Positions 20,801 through 30,247 are shown, numbered from the stretch's first letter. The stretch is DNA of 32,000 bases from Candidatus Saccharimonadota bacterium (GCA_965229705.1 OZ245922.1:240001-272000), one strand, 5' to 3'. Translations and numbers: made by a program. The notes: generated by a model not told the origin, from the letters alone.

Positions 20801-21703
20801 ATGAACCCAAAAAATATACCAGAATGGTATACGAGATATAGAGACTTTATTGAGAAAAGTATCACAAAACATCTAGATACCTATCTTGCTATACCTATGT
20901 CTGTACCACTGAATGATTTTAAAGAGATTATTTACTACTCCTGTCAATGAGGGAAAAAACTGCGAGCTATTTTGGCTCTTGAGTTTTATCTCCAGCTTTC
21001 TGGAAGAGATTTTTCAGATATTCGGCAAGACGATGATATTGTGAAGCTTTGTATTGCACTAGAGATGATACATGCTTTTTCTCTCATTCATGATGATCTT
21101 CCTTGTATGGACAATGATGAACTCCGTCGTGGAGAACCCACTGTTTGGAAAAAGTATGGCGAATACCAGGCAGTACTTGTTGGTGACATGCTTAATTCTC
21201 TGTGTTTTGAAATACTCTCAGATATAAAAAATCCTGAAATCTCGCAAAGAATAGCCAAACTCATATCACATAGTGTTGGGTTTTATGGAATGATAGGAGG
21301 ACAGGTAGAAGATTTGTTTTTTGAGAGAAACATCTCACATTTAGATATTGATACGCTCAAAAGTTTACATGGAAAAAAGACCGGAAAACTCATAGAGGCA
21401 TCTATTCTCTGATGAGTCATACTCTCTGGACAAATATCAAATATTGAAATATTTGGTGATTTTGGCCGTAAGCTCTGATTGGCATTTCAGGTAAAAGATG
21501 ATCTTCTTGATGTTGAGGGAACACCAGAAGAAACCGGAAAAAGTGTTTGAGGAGAAGAAAAAGGTTTTGTATATCTCTTATGAACTCTTGCAAGTAAGAA
21601 GATTCTGGCAGATATCATTGCTGAGTGCAAACTGATTGCCGGAAAACTTGGTTCTCAAAAGATAGATTTTATTGTTGAATATGTTGAGGCAAGAAAAAAA
21701 TAA
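20801..21703 (+). CDS. ispA: polyprenyl (farnesyl/geranylgeranyl) diphosphate synthase
   Basis: -G-GKKLRA, LEMIHAFSLIHDDLPCMDNDELRRG (first DDxxD), GKKTGKLI, FQVKDDLLD (second DDxxD). In frame with fragment 20972..21412. TAA 21701-21703. Confidence 0.9.
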
Positions 21704-21849
21704 GGGAAATGCGGAAAAACTTCGTATTTCGTCGTCAAAATCCAACATTGTCTTCAAACACGTACAATCAGTACGCTTATTTCAGCCAAGTTGGTTTTTC
21801 CTTGAACTACTTGTTTTTACACATTTCCTATTTTTCCGTGCTTTCTAAG
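21704..21849 (+). repeat. copy B of the ~145-nt structured intergenic element
   Basis: Begins immediately after the TAA of the polyprenyl synthase gene and ends at the tatD stop (21851). Stems 21710-21719/21831-21840 and 21737-21750/21787-21798 are maintained by compensatory changes relative to copy A. Confidence 0.8.
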
Positions 21850-21850
21850 A

Positions 21851-22663
21851 TTATGGAGAGAAACAACTTATACTATTTTTATATACTGTCTGCTTTACCT
21901 CTTCTGCTTTTTCTGTTCGGAGTTCTATAAGCTTTTCTAAAACATATTGCGTGAAGCCAGGATGATTTTCTTGTTTTCCTCTATATGGTTCAGGAGTCAG
22001 ATATGGAGCGTCTGTTTCAACCATAATATGCCTAAGAGGAATAGTGCGAGCGGTTTCTTGAATATCTTTTGCATTTTTAAAGGTGAGTATTCCCCCAAAA
22101 GCAATCTTGCATTGAGGAGCGAAGTCTATGAGTTTTTTCGCAAAAGTGAGGTTTTCACTATAACAGTGAAATACAAAATTTGCATAATTCATATTTTTGA
22201 GAATATCAAAAATATCTTCAGCAGCATTTCTATTATGGATTACCAGAGGGAGATCAAGCTTCTTGGCAAGCGTGATATGAGCGCAAAAAAAGTTTTTTTG
22301 TATGTCTATGATCTCGTTTTTACTCATACCTGATTCGTCACTGAGAGAGTTGAGCCAGTGATAGTCGAGTCCTGATTCTCAGATGGCGACAATATATTTT
22401 TTGTTTTTTTGGTACAACTGTTCTAATACCTTGAGAGTATTATCTATATTTTTATGATACTGGAGTACCTCACATGGATGAATTCCTATAACCGCTTTCA
22501 CTCATGTATTTTTTTTTGCGAGCTGTATACATGTCTCTGAGCTCTCGATATCTGTAGCAATACTATTGAGGTATGTTCATCATGATGCAAAAAAATTCTC
22601 AAGAAGTGCCTCTTGAGATGTGTGTTTTGAGAGGTAGGGGTGACAGTGGGTATCGTAGAGCAT
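21851..22663 (-). CDS. tatD: TatD family metal-dependent hydrolase/DNase
   Basis: Fragment 21851..22327 extends upstream in code 25 to ATG 22661-22663: MLYDTHCHPY, AVIGIHP, VAI-G-ESGLDYHW, LPLVIHNR, HCYS, ETDAPYL. Confidence 0.9.
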
Positions 22664-22666
22664 ATC

Positions 22667-23182
22667 CTAGAGCGAAAGAGGACGAGTTTGTAGGAAGTTT
22701 CTTTCAGTTTGTGTATCATTATAATAGGCGTTATAGATATTTATGATGGTAGGAGTTTGCTCGATTTGTATAAAGGGAAGTCTGAGAATCTCATCTCCAG
22801 ATCGAAATGCTCTCATCTGGTCATAGCTGAGTGATATACTGATGATTCATGCTTGCTCTGAGATATAGAGGGCATTTTCACGACTAGGTTTTTGTATATC
22901 AAGTACACTGCTATCAAATATAAGTGAAAAAGAAATACTCTCAATATTCTCAAGGTTTTCATATAATTTTAGGGAGATGTTATTTTCATCTCTTTCGGCT
23001 CTGATTCATGAAGTACTTTGTTCAACAATTTGTCATCACAGGATATTTGCTTGAAGATTTTCTTTGAGAGTATCACTCAAGAAAAGGGTATGAATGCAAA
23101 ACGCACATATTAGGCTGACGCTGAATATTCCTACATGAATGAGGAGTTTATGGTATCTGTATTTTGTAAAAAGATCTTTCAT
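22667..23182 (-). CDS. hypothetical membrane-anchored protein (171 aa)
   Basis: ATG 23180-23182 to TAG 22667-22669 with four TGA codons. N-terminal TM helix (LLIHVGIFSVSLICAFCIHTLF). The stop lies 3 nt before the tatD ATG. No family recognised. Confidence 0.5.
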
Positions 23183-23295
23183 AGGTAAGGAGCATGAATA
23201 TAAGAATGTCACTATTTTACTGATGAAGTATGTTATTTCTCATATTTTTTTAAAAATATTTTGACAAATATATTTTTACTAACGTAAATACATAT

Positions 23296-23415
23296 TTAAG
23301 AAATCTCTGAAAAATAGAAAAATCTTGTGTAAGAGACCGGTCTCAAGCCCTTAAAATAGATGACTCGAGACCGGTCTCGAGAAAACAAAAATGACTTTCT
23401 TAGAGCTTCCTTAAG
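23296..23415 (+). repeat. R3: family member whose core is replaced by two GAGACCGGTCTC palindromes
   Basis: Its ends TTAAGAAATCTCTGAAAAAT and CTTTCTTAGAGCTTCCTTAAG match the R1/R4 ends. The core carries palindromes at 23333-23344 and 23364-23381. Lies between uvrC and the next minus-strand gene. Confidence 0.7.
23364..23381. repeat. 18-bp perfect palindrome CTCGAGACCGGTCTCGAG
   Basis: Self-complementary over 18 bp. Its 12-bp core GAGACCGGTCTC recurs at 23333-23344 and 10424-10435, three copies in an AT-rich 32-kb window. Confidence 0.9.
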
Positions 23416-25221
23416 TTACACTAAACCATGGTCCTCAAGGTTTTCTGTAACAGATTTCCCAAGAGTAGATAACAACTCTGATCTTTGGATTTTTTTGAGA
23501 TTTTCGACATTTCAAAACTGTGTAAGAATCTTTTTACGTGTTTTTGGACCAATTCCCGGAAGAGACTCAAGAATATTTTTCTTGAGAGATTTTGATCGAG
23601 AATCTCTATTAAAACTGATAGCAAACCTATGAGCCTCATCACGCAGCATCTGCAAGAGTCGAAGCTCGGAAGAATCTTTCTCCAAGATGAGTGGTTCAGA
23701 ACGTCACGGAAGAAACAATTCTTCTTCTTTTTTCGCGATAGAGACTATTTGTAGAGTAGGAAACTCAACATTATCTGATGCAAAACTCTTTATTACCTCC
23801 ATCACTGCTCAGAGCTGTCATTTTCCTCCATCTATGAGTATTAGATCAGGAGAATTTCAGAGTTTTTCTCGTTCTTTGAGTCGTCGAGACATGATCTCTC
23901 GCATAGAAGCAAAGTCATCAATTTTTCATTCTTCTAGGCTCTTAATACGAAAACGCTTATATTTTTTGGGATTTTTTTTGCCATTTTCTACGACGCTTCG
24001 ACTGGCGACCGTATGATTTCCTGACAGGTGAGAGATATCATTACATTCAAAAACCAGAGTATCATTGATTTCTTTATATCAGAGCATATCTAAGAGCTGA
24101 CTCATAGTTTGCTTACTGGAGTTTTTGATACTGAGAGAATCTCTGTATTTTTTATGAGCGTACTCATATATATTTTTATAGCAGAGCTTGAGGAGTTCAT
24201 ACTTTGTTCAGAGTTCGGGCACTTCATAGTCTATTTCGGTGATAACTTTTTCTATAGCAAAGGGGAGGATAAAACGAAGCTGCTGTTTTTGCTGATTTTC
24301 TACCCATTTTTGTTCTACGATATGTTGCATAATCTCTTCTTTTTTATACCCTAGCTCGTTCTCTAGCTCGTAGTTTTCGTATCCACTAATCTTTCCTTGG
24401 TCTATTTCGATCACTCAGAGATAGTTTTTTTCATACTTTTCTAGTACCTGTAGGACAAAATAATTCCCTTTGACGCCATCTCGCACGAATTGTTTATTTT
24501 CCAGGTTTTCAAGCGCCTCAAGGCTGAGTTTATATTTTTGAGCTTCTTCAAATAACTGCTGCTTTGCTGTTTGATGCATCTTTTCTGTGAGTTCTTTTTT
24601 TACTCTTGAGATATTTCCTCAGAGAAAAAAAGAGATTTCTTGTATTTTTTCTGTATAGATTTTATGAATATGTTCCTCAGAACTTTTGATATTTCCAGCA
24701 AAAAGATATTCATCAAGATTATAGGATCACTTTTTTTTAAAAAAATTATGACTCCCAACACCATAACCATAGATTTTTTTTATGAGTTTGAGGATTTCTG
24801 CCACATGATTTCATGATATATAAGGACCAAAATATTTCCCAGGGGCACTCTGTATTTCGCTTGGAGACTTGCGTGTTCTGATGATTTTAGGATATTTTTC
24901 TTTTGTGATGCAGATATAGAGAAAGTTTTTTCCATCTTTGAGAAGAACATTGTATTTTGGGTGATGTTTTTTGATGAGGTCGTTTTCAAGTATGAGAGAC
25001 TCTGTTTCTGTATTGGTAATGATATATTCAATATTTGAGATATACTGCACCATCTGCTTTTTTGCAAAATTGAGTTTTTGCGTCCCAGAGAAATAGCTAC
25101 TCACTCGCGATTTGAGATTCTTGGATTTTCCGACATATATTATTTTTCCAGACGCATTAAAAAACTGGTATATTCCAGGAGAGTGGGGAAGTGATCGAAG
25201 AATATCTTTAATAGAGTTCAC
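23416..25221 (-). CDS. uvrC: excinuclease ABC subunit C (UvrC)
   Basis: N-terminal GIY-YIG domain (PGIYQFFNASGKIIYVGKSKNLKSRVSSYF). C-terminus LRDEAHRFAISFNR...LPGIGPKTRKKILTQF-G-NVENL (HhH). TAA 23416-23418. There is no in-frame ATG; candidate starts are GTG 25219-25221 (used here) and TTG 25249-25251. Confidence 0.88.
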
Positions 25222-25420
25222 TATGAGATCCAATAAGCAAAAAAATAACAATCATTTCTCACTGTTCCTCAAAAATAGCTCTTATATCTCATGAGACATT
25301 GATACTGTGATATCACTTGAGTTTTCCATGAAGTGCATGATATCATAAATGCTTTTGATAGGGATTGGATAAGAAATCTCTTAACCTCTCTCGAAAAGCA
25401 AGCTGATACTTTATAGGCAT
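25208..25420 (-). CDS. RelE/ParE-superfamily (YafQ-like) toxin of a type II toxin-antitoxin pair
   Basis: 70-aa ORF invisible to the track (four TGA codons): MPIKYQLAFRERLRDFLSNPYQKHL-G-YHALHGKLK-G-YHSINVS-G-DIRAIFEEQ-G-EMIVIFLLIGSHSELY. The H.L.G..kGy.s..v.gD.R.i.....iGsHs.ly pattern is typical of RelE/YafQ toxins. Confidence 0.7.
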
Positions 25421-25455
25421 TTTCTGGAGTTGCTTAGAGAACTTTTTTTTAAAAA

Positions 25456-25653
25456 TTACTTTTCTCATACCATGAGTGAATCAAGAAATTGAAGAGATTC
25501 TTCTAGGGTAAAAGGACCATCTGATCCAGAAGCTTGAGCTTCTTGTAATTTTTCTTTTATCAGTAAATCTCATATATACTTATAGAGACTTTCCTTTGTT
25601 GCAAACTGTGTTTGATCGAGAAAACTTTCTTCTTCAAGAGTAATGCTTACCAT
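25456..25653 (-). CDS. putative antitoxin (65 aa) of the adjacent RelE/ParE-like toxin
   Basis: ATG 25651-25653 to TAA 25456-25458. Small acidic protein (MVSITLEEESFLDQTQFATKESLYKYI-G-DLL...) located 35 nt upstream of the toxin on the same strand. The call rests on size and position only. Confidence 0.45.
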
Positions 25654-25708
25654 ATTTATGACTAAAAGAATATTAAGATAGATTTTATAAAAATAAGCAA
25701 AAAATCAA

Positions 25709-26368
25709 TTATTTTCCTCTCAAATCAAGAGTATACTCATCTATACTTTCTTCTTCATTTTCACTTATATTATCGTCTTCATCTTCATCGTACCTGTGCC
25801 TGAGACCATTTTTATCAAGATAATCTTCAACAACATTCCCGAGAGTATCCATGATCAGGTCAAACCTTTCCTTTTTCTCTTCCTGTGGGTACAAATATCC
25901 ATCTATCAGATTCATAGCTTTATAGGGACGAGAAACATTGTATATCGCCAGCTCATCTTCTCAAAAACGATACAGTACAATATCTCATTTCCCCAAAATA
26001 CTGTCCCAAATACGGTGTTTATCTATCTCAACTCATTCAATATTTTTATACGAAAGATGCGCTACTTTTGTTTTTAGGAGAGACCATTCTAGGTCGTATA
26101 TACCATCATGGGTGAGTATCCAGACATCATTGTACCAGTTTGCTATCTCATAGATAATCTTGAGACTCACACATCACAAAAATACTGATAAAATATCTCA
26201 GCTGATAATGTCACGAATCTGTCATGAAGTATGGTACAAAAAGAGAGGAAGAAAGAGACCAAAAAACACCCACAGAGTCAAATCTCAAATGATAACTACC
26301 CAGTGCTGGTGTATCACACCAATGATACTTTGTCATTCAGGAATATATCTTTTATAAAAATGTTTCAT
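25709..26368 (-). CDS. membrane protein with bacterial PH (bPH/YdbS-YdbT-like) domain and acidic C-terminal tail
   Basis: Fragment 25709..25915 extends in code 25 to ATG 26366-26368 (660 nt). Two TM helices, then NDVWILTHDGIYDLEWSLLKTKVAHLSYKNIE-G-VEIDKHRIWDSILGK-G-DIVLY, which looks like bPH_2. Confidence 0.6.
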
Positions 26369-26369
26369 C

Positions 26370-27188
26370 TTAGAGGTCTATTTCTATTTCAACAGGACAG
26401 TGGTCACTTCAGAGGATATCATCTCTGATTTTCGCCTCTTTGAGGTGAGACGTGAGACAGTGAGATATAACAAAATAATCTATCCTCCAGCCCACATTAC
26501 GAGCTCTCGCTCAGGCTCTATAACTCCACCAAGTATATTTATCTGTGAGGTCTGGATACATATAACGAAAACTATCAATAAATCATGATCAGAGATAGTT
26601 ATCCATTCATTCTCTCTCCTGTTTGGTAAATCATGGACTCATGGTATTTTGTTTTGGACGAGCAAGATCTATCTCTGTATGGGCGACATTGAGATCTCAG
26701 CAGAAGATAACAGCTTTTTTTTCTTCGAGAGATTTCATGTATTGTAAAAATGCCTTATCCCACGAATAGTATCTATATCAGAGTCGAGATAAGTCATCTT
26801 TGGAGTTTGGTGTGTAGACAGTCACAAAATAATGATTTTCAAACTCGAGCGTGATGACTCTTCATTCAGCGTTTTCCTGGAGTGTTGCATCAGCTTCTTG
26901 AATAGATTTTGTGTCTATTGCCTCTGGGAGGATACCATATTGCACGCTCAAAGCAGGTTTTTTTGAAAAAATAGCTGTCCCCGAATATCAGGGTCTTTGT
27001 GCTGGGTTCCAATACTGAAAATATGATGTTTGAGAGAGTGCTTCACTGTCTTTTTTTGTGAGTTGTTCAGGGCGTCACTTTGTCTCTTGCAGCGCTATGA
27101 TATCTGGAGACTCTCTCTCAAGCATCTCAAGAAAATCTTTTTTGAGGATGGCTCGTATACCGTTCACATTCCATGACATGTATTTCAT
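26370..27188 (-). CDS. xth: exodeoxyribonuclease III (Xth/ExoA family AP endonuclease)
   Basis: MKYMSWNVNGIRA, PDIIALQETK, -G-YSGTAIFSK, VTVYTPNS, FC-G-DLNVAH, WWSYRA-G-AR..N.GWRIDYF, -G-SDHCPVEIEI. 819 nt. The stop lies 1 nt before the next ATG. Confidence 0.92.
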
Positions 27189-27304
27189 AGAGAGTTTTGG
27201 AGAAGAAATAAAAAGTTTGTTTGAATGATATGATTTCCTGCTTGATTTACAAAAAAATCTTTATAATATTTCGCCGTAAAAATATATTTATAAAAATACG
27301 AAAA

Positions 27305-27859
27305 ATGAGTCAGCACCAAGATAAAGAAGATATAAAACAGCAAGATATTATGGAAGAGATACAAGAAGAAGTAGAGTTGATAGAGCAACAGGAAGATATC
27401 ATAGAGGAGCAAGCAGAGGAAATCGCAAAAGACGAGACAGAGATAGCAAAACTCAAGGATTTGCTCGCAAGAAATCAGGCAGATTTTGAAAACTTTAAAA
27501 AACGTACAGAAAGAGATAAAGATGATATGATGTTTTTTCTCAAGCATGATATCCTCAAAAAAATTCTTCCTCGTCTTGATGATCTGGAACGAATTATTAA
27601 AAACACTCCAAGTGAAATGCAGTCATGAGTGTTATATGAGTGAGTCATAACCCTGCAAAAAACTCTTCTCAAAGATCTCGAAAAACTCTGAGTTATACCT
27701 TTTGAGAGTATATGACACCCATCACAACCTGAAAAACATGAGGTTATGACTCAGGCTCCGGGAAAGCTCGGAGTGATCATTGATGAGTTTGAAAAGGGCT
27801 ATATGCTCAGAGAGAGAGTTCTCAGAGTTGCAAAGGTGGTTGTAGGTTCATGAGAATAA
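27305..27859 (+). CDS. grpE: nucleotide exchange factor GrpE
   Basis: ATG 27305 lies inside track ORF 27221..27628. Acidic N-terminus, LARNQADFENFKKRTERDK, ILPRLDDLERI, FESI-G-..., HEVMTQ, GYML.ERVLR.AKVVV. TAA 27857-27859. Confidence 0.9.
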
Positions 27860-27883
27860 GAGTTACATGTTCTCAGAGTCTCC

Positions 27884-29182
27884 TTAAATCTGTAAAAGAC
27901 TGATAATATAGTGTATCTTTGCCAGTGTTTTTGGGTTTTCAAATCTGTTCAGAGCTCTCACCAGAGCTATCTTTAGGTTTCTTTCACGCTCTTGTTTTGA
28001 TCATTCTCCTCTTTGTTCCTCTTTTGTAAATGTTTCTCTCAGAGATATGACAAGTGTTTCTATATTTGCTTTTTCTTGCGCACTGAGATATTGAACAATC
28101 ATATTTCCTTGATCTCACAGGCTTTCGTAGTATGTCCACATCGCTGACTTTGTTTTGTTTCAAAAATACCCAGCTCCCCAGTCATCATTATCACCGATGA
28201 GACCTATTTTTTTCTGATATCTGAGTAAATCTGGAAGAATAGTCTCATAGCTTCCATCTTGTTTTCAGTGAAATTCTCAGAGTTTTGTAAGGAGTTCTTG
28301 GAGACTTTGTATCTCTTCTCGTCATGAGTTGGGGGTGATATTGAGATCTCCGTACTCTAAGATGAGTTTATATGTGCTTAATGCTTGGGCATGAGGAGTG
28401 TTATAAAATATAGATACATCTTCCCTTTGTAATAACTCAGGAGAAGTATTGTATATTTTATTGAGCATGCTACGAGTTTTTGGTCCATACCAACCTGCTG
28501 AAACTTCCCATCGAGAAGATATAACGCCGTGTTTGAGCTGAAAATCTACAAGACTTTCTTGTATATCATCATATTTTCCACTTATGCTGCCACTATAGAG
28601 TCAAGCTAGGGTAAATATTTCTTGGAGTCTTTGAACATCTTGCTCTTTGGGAGTGAGTGGATTGACCTCAAGATCGGTAAGGTATCAGAGTTTTCACTGA
28701 TCAAAAGAGAGACTGACAGGAGTACTAGGAACAACGATTTTTCATTTGATTTTTCGTGTTCCCCATTTGAGAGCTCTTTCGAGTCCGGGATCTCCGTATC
28801 ACATCCAAATATCGATTCTGTCGTAGCTGTGTCATCTTTCTCCAGCCTTTACAATGGCTCATCATCTATCTTCTATAGTTCCCACTCAATATCCTTCAAA
28901 ATGAATTTTGGTTCAAAATGGGTAGTTTGCTGGTCATGCAAGCAGTCCAGGGAAGACACCTTTTCATGAAGCGGTTTGAACTCCTCCACCATTGAGGCGA
29001 ACATCTCATGAATATGATCCTGTTGTGTAGCGTGATTGTCCTTTGAGAGGGGAGTAGTAGGCGGTTGCGATAAAATAGGTTTCTTCTGATGAGCTGGAAT
29101 AGGTGAGAGGGGAATATGAAAAAAGTGCGATACAGATACTGAGAAGTGTGAGTCACGAAAAAATCTTGTTTTTTAAACGCAT
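27884..29182 (-). CDS. secreted 3D-domain (MltA/RlpA-like fold) protein with two peptidoglycan-binding-like repeats
   Basis: ATG 29180-29182 to TAA 27884-27886 (1299 nt, more than 20 TGA codons). Signal/TM MRLKNKIFS-G-LTLLSICIALF. ATAYYSPLKGQSRYTTGSYS-G-DVRLN..GV.TAS-G-..., NYPF-G-TKIHFEGY-G-VGTIEDR-G-GAIV....RIDIWM is the 3D domain. Then LQEIFTLA-G-LYSGSISGKYDD..ESLVDFQLKHGV and LQELLTKL-G-EFH-G-KQDGSY resemble PG_binding_1. Confidence 0.7.
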
Positions 29183-29275
29183 ATATACATGGATAGGGTA
29201 AGGAGTATTTTTACGTCTGAGATTATAAAAATTTTTCTTGAATGGCGAGCATATTCACAAAATCTTCACTGATTA

Positions 29276-30247
29276 TTAACGAATAAAATAAATAGTGTCT
29301 CCATCTTTAAAAAGCTTCATATTTCGAATCTCTTTTTTTGTTTTGTTATTTTTTCCTCGAATAAACCTCAAAACCTCCCGTATATTTGCTTCACTCAATC
29401 AGATAGTTGATGCGTTATGGGAGACGAAATAGAGATGTTTTATGACTTCTTTTTGCATAAAGTCAGAAAGTTTGAAAAAACTTGTAACTTCAAAATGCTT
29501 CTTTTCTCACAAAAACTGCATCACTTCTCAGTCAAGATGTCACTTGATTTCTTCAAAGTAGGCAAGAAGATTTCATATATTTTTTTTATATTCTGGATGT
29601 ATAGATTCAAGGCGAGGGAGTATATCATGTCTGAGAGAGTTTCTTGTATGCTCAGATGATGTGTTGCTAGAGTCTTCGAAATACATGAGATTATGTTCTT
29701 TGAGATAGGCGTAGATATCTTTTTTTTCTATTTGTAAAAGAGGTCTGAGAATACCACCAGAGAATTCTTGCATATTGATAAGTCATGTGAGCTTTGTCCC
29801 TCTGAGCATATGAAAAAAATATGTCTCAAGTCTATCATCAAAATGATGTCCTGTGATAATCTTGTCTGTATGGTAGCGGTGACATACTTCTCTGAGAAAT
29901 TGATAGCGTTTTTCACGCGCATACTCCTCAAAACTTTTACTTGGAGCGTTTCACCGATCTTTTTCAAAATCACATTGTCACACTTCTACTGGGAAATGAT
30001 GTTTTTTTCCAAGTTCTTGAAGAAATGCTTCTTCTTGCTGACATTCGGGACGAGTCTTATGGTTAAAATAGCATGCGACAATATGCTGTTTATAAGAGCT
30101 CTGCAATATATGGTAGAGCAAAAACATGCTATCTGCTCATGTAGAACACGCCAAAACAAGAGCTTCATCTTGCTGGTAGTATTTTTTGAGAAATGTTTCA
30201 ATGTCTTGCACCAGTAGCTGTGTAAGGAGATTAGATATGAAAGTCAT
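29276..30247 (-). CDS. tilS: tRNA(Ile)-lysidine synthase TilS
   Basis: ATG 30245-30247 to TAA 29276-29278 (972 nt). ALVLACST-G-ADSMFLL is the PP-loop, with its Gly encoded by TGA. Also AREKRYQFL, IITGHHFDDRLETYFFHMLRGT, ILRPLL...K.DIYAYL. In frame with fragment 29573..29773. Confidence 0.88.

Noticed and set aside
21709-21930. 73-aa ORF (MRKNFVFRRQN...) covering repeat copy B
   Set aside because: In the homologous frame of copy A, codon 2 is TAG (ATG TAG at 14556-14561). Nearly every A/B substitution would be non-synonymous, and the substitutions instead preserve RNA pairing. The ORF also runs antisense into tatD.
22498-22719. 73-aa minus-strand ORF overlapping the tatD start
   Set aside because: It is out of frame with the tatD N-terminus (MLYDTHCHPY, ATG 22663) and with the upstream 171-aa gene ending at 22667. 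It lies in an overlapping alternative frame with no motif support.
27189-27304. CIRCE/HrcA operator upstream of grpE
   Set aside because: No TTAGCACTC-N9-GAGTGCTAA-like inverted repeat is present. There is only a TATAAT at 27262-27267 with no well-spaced -35.
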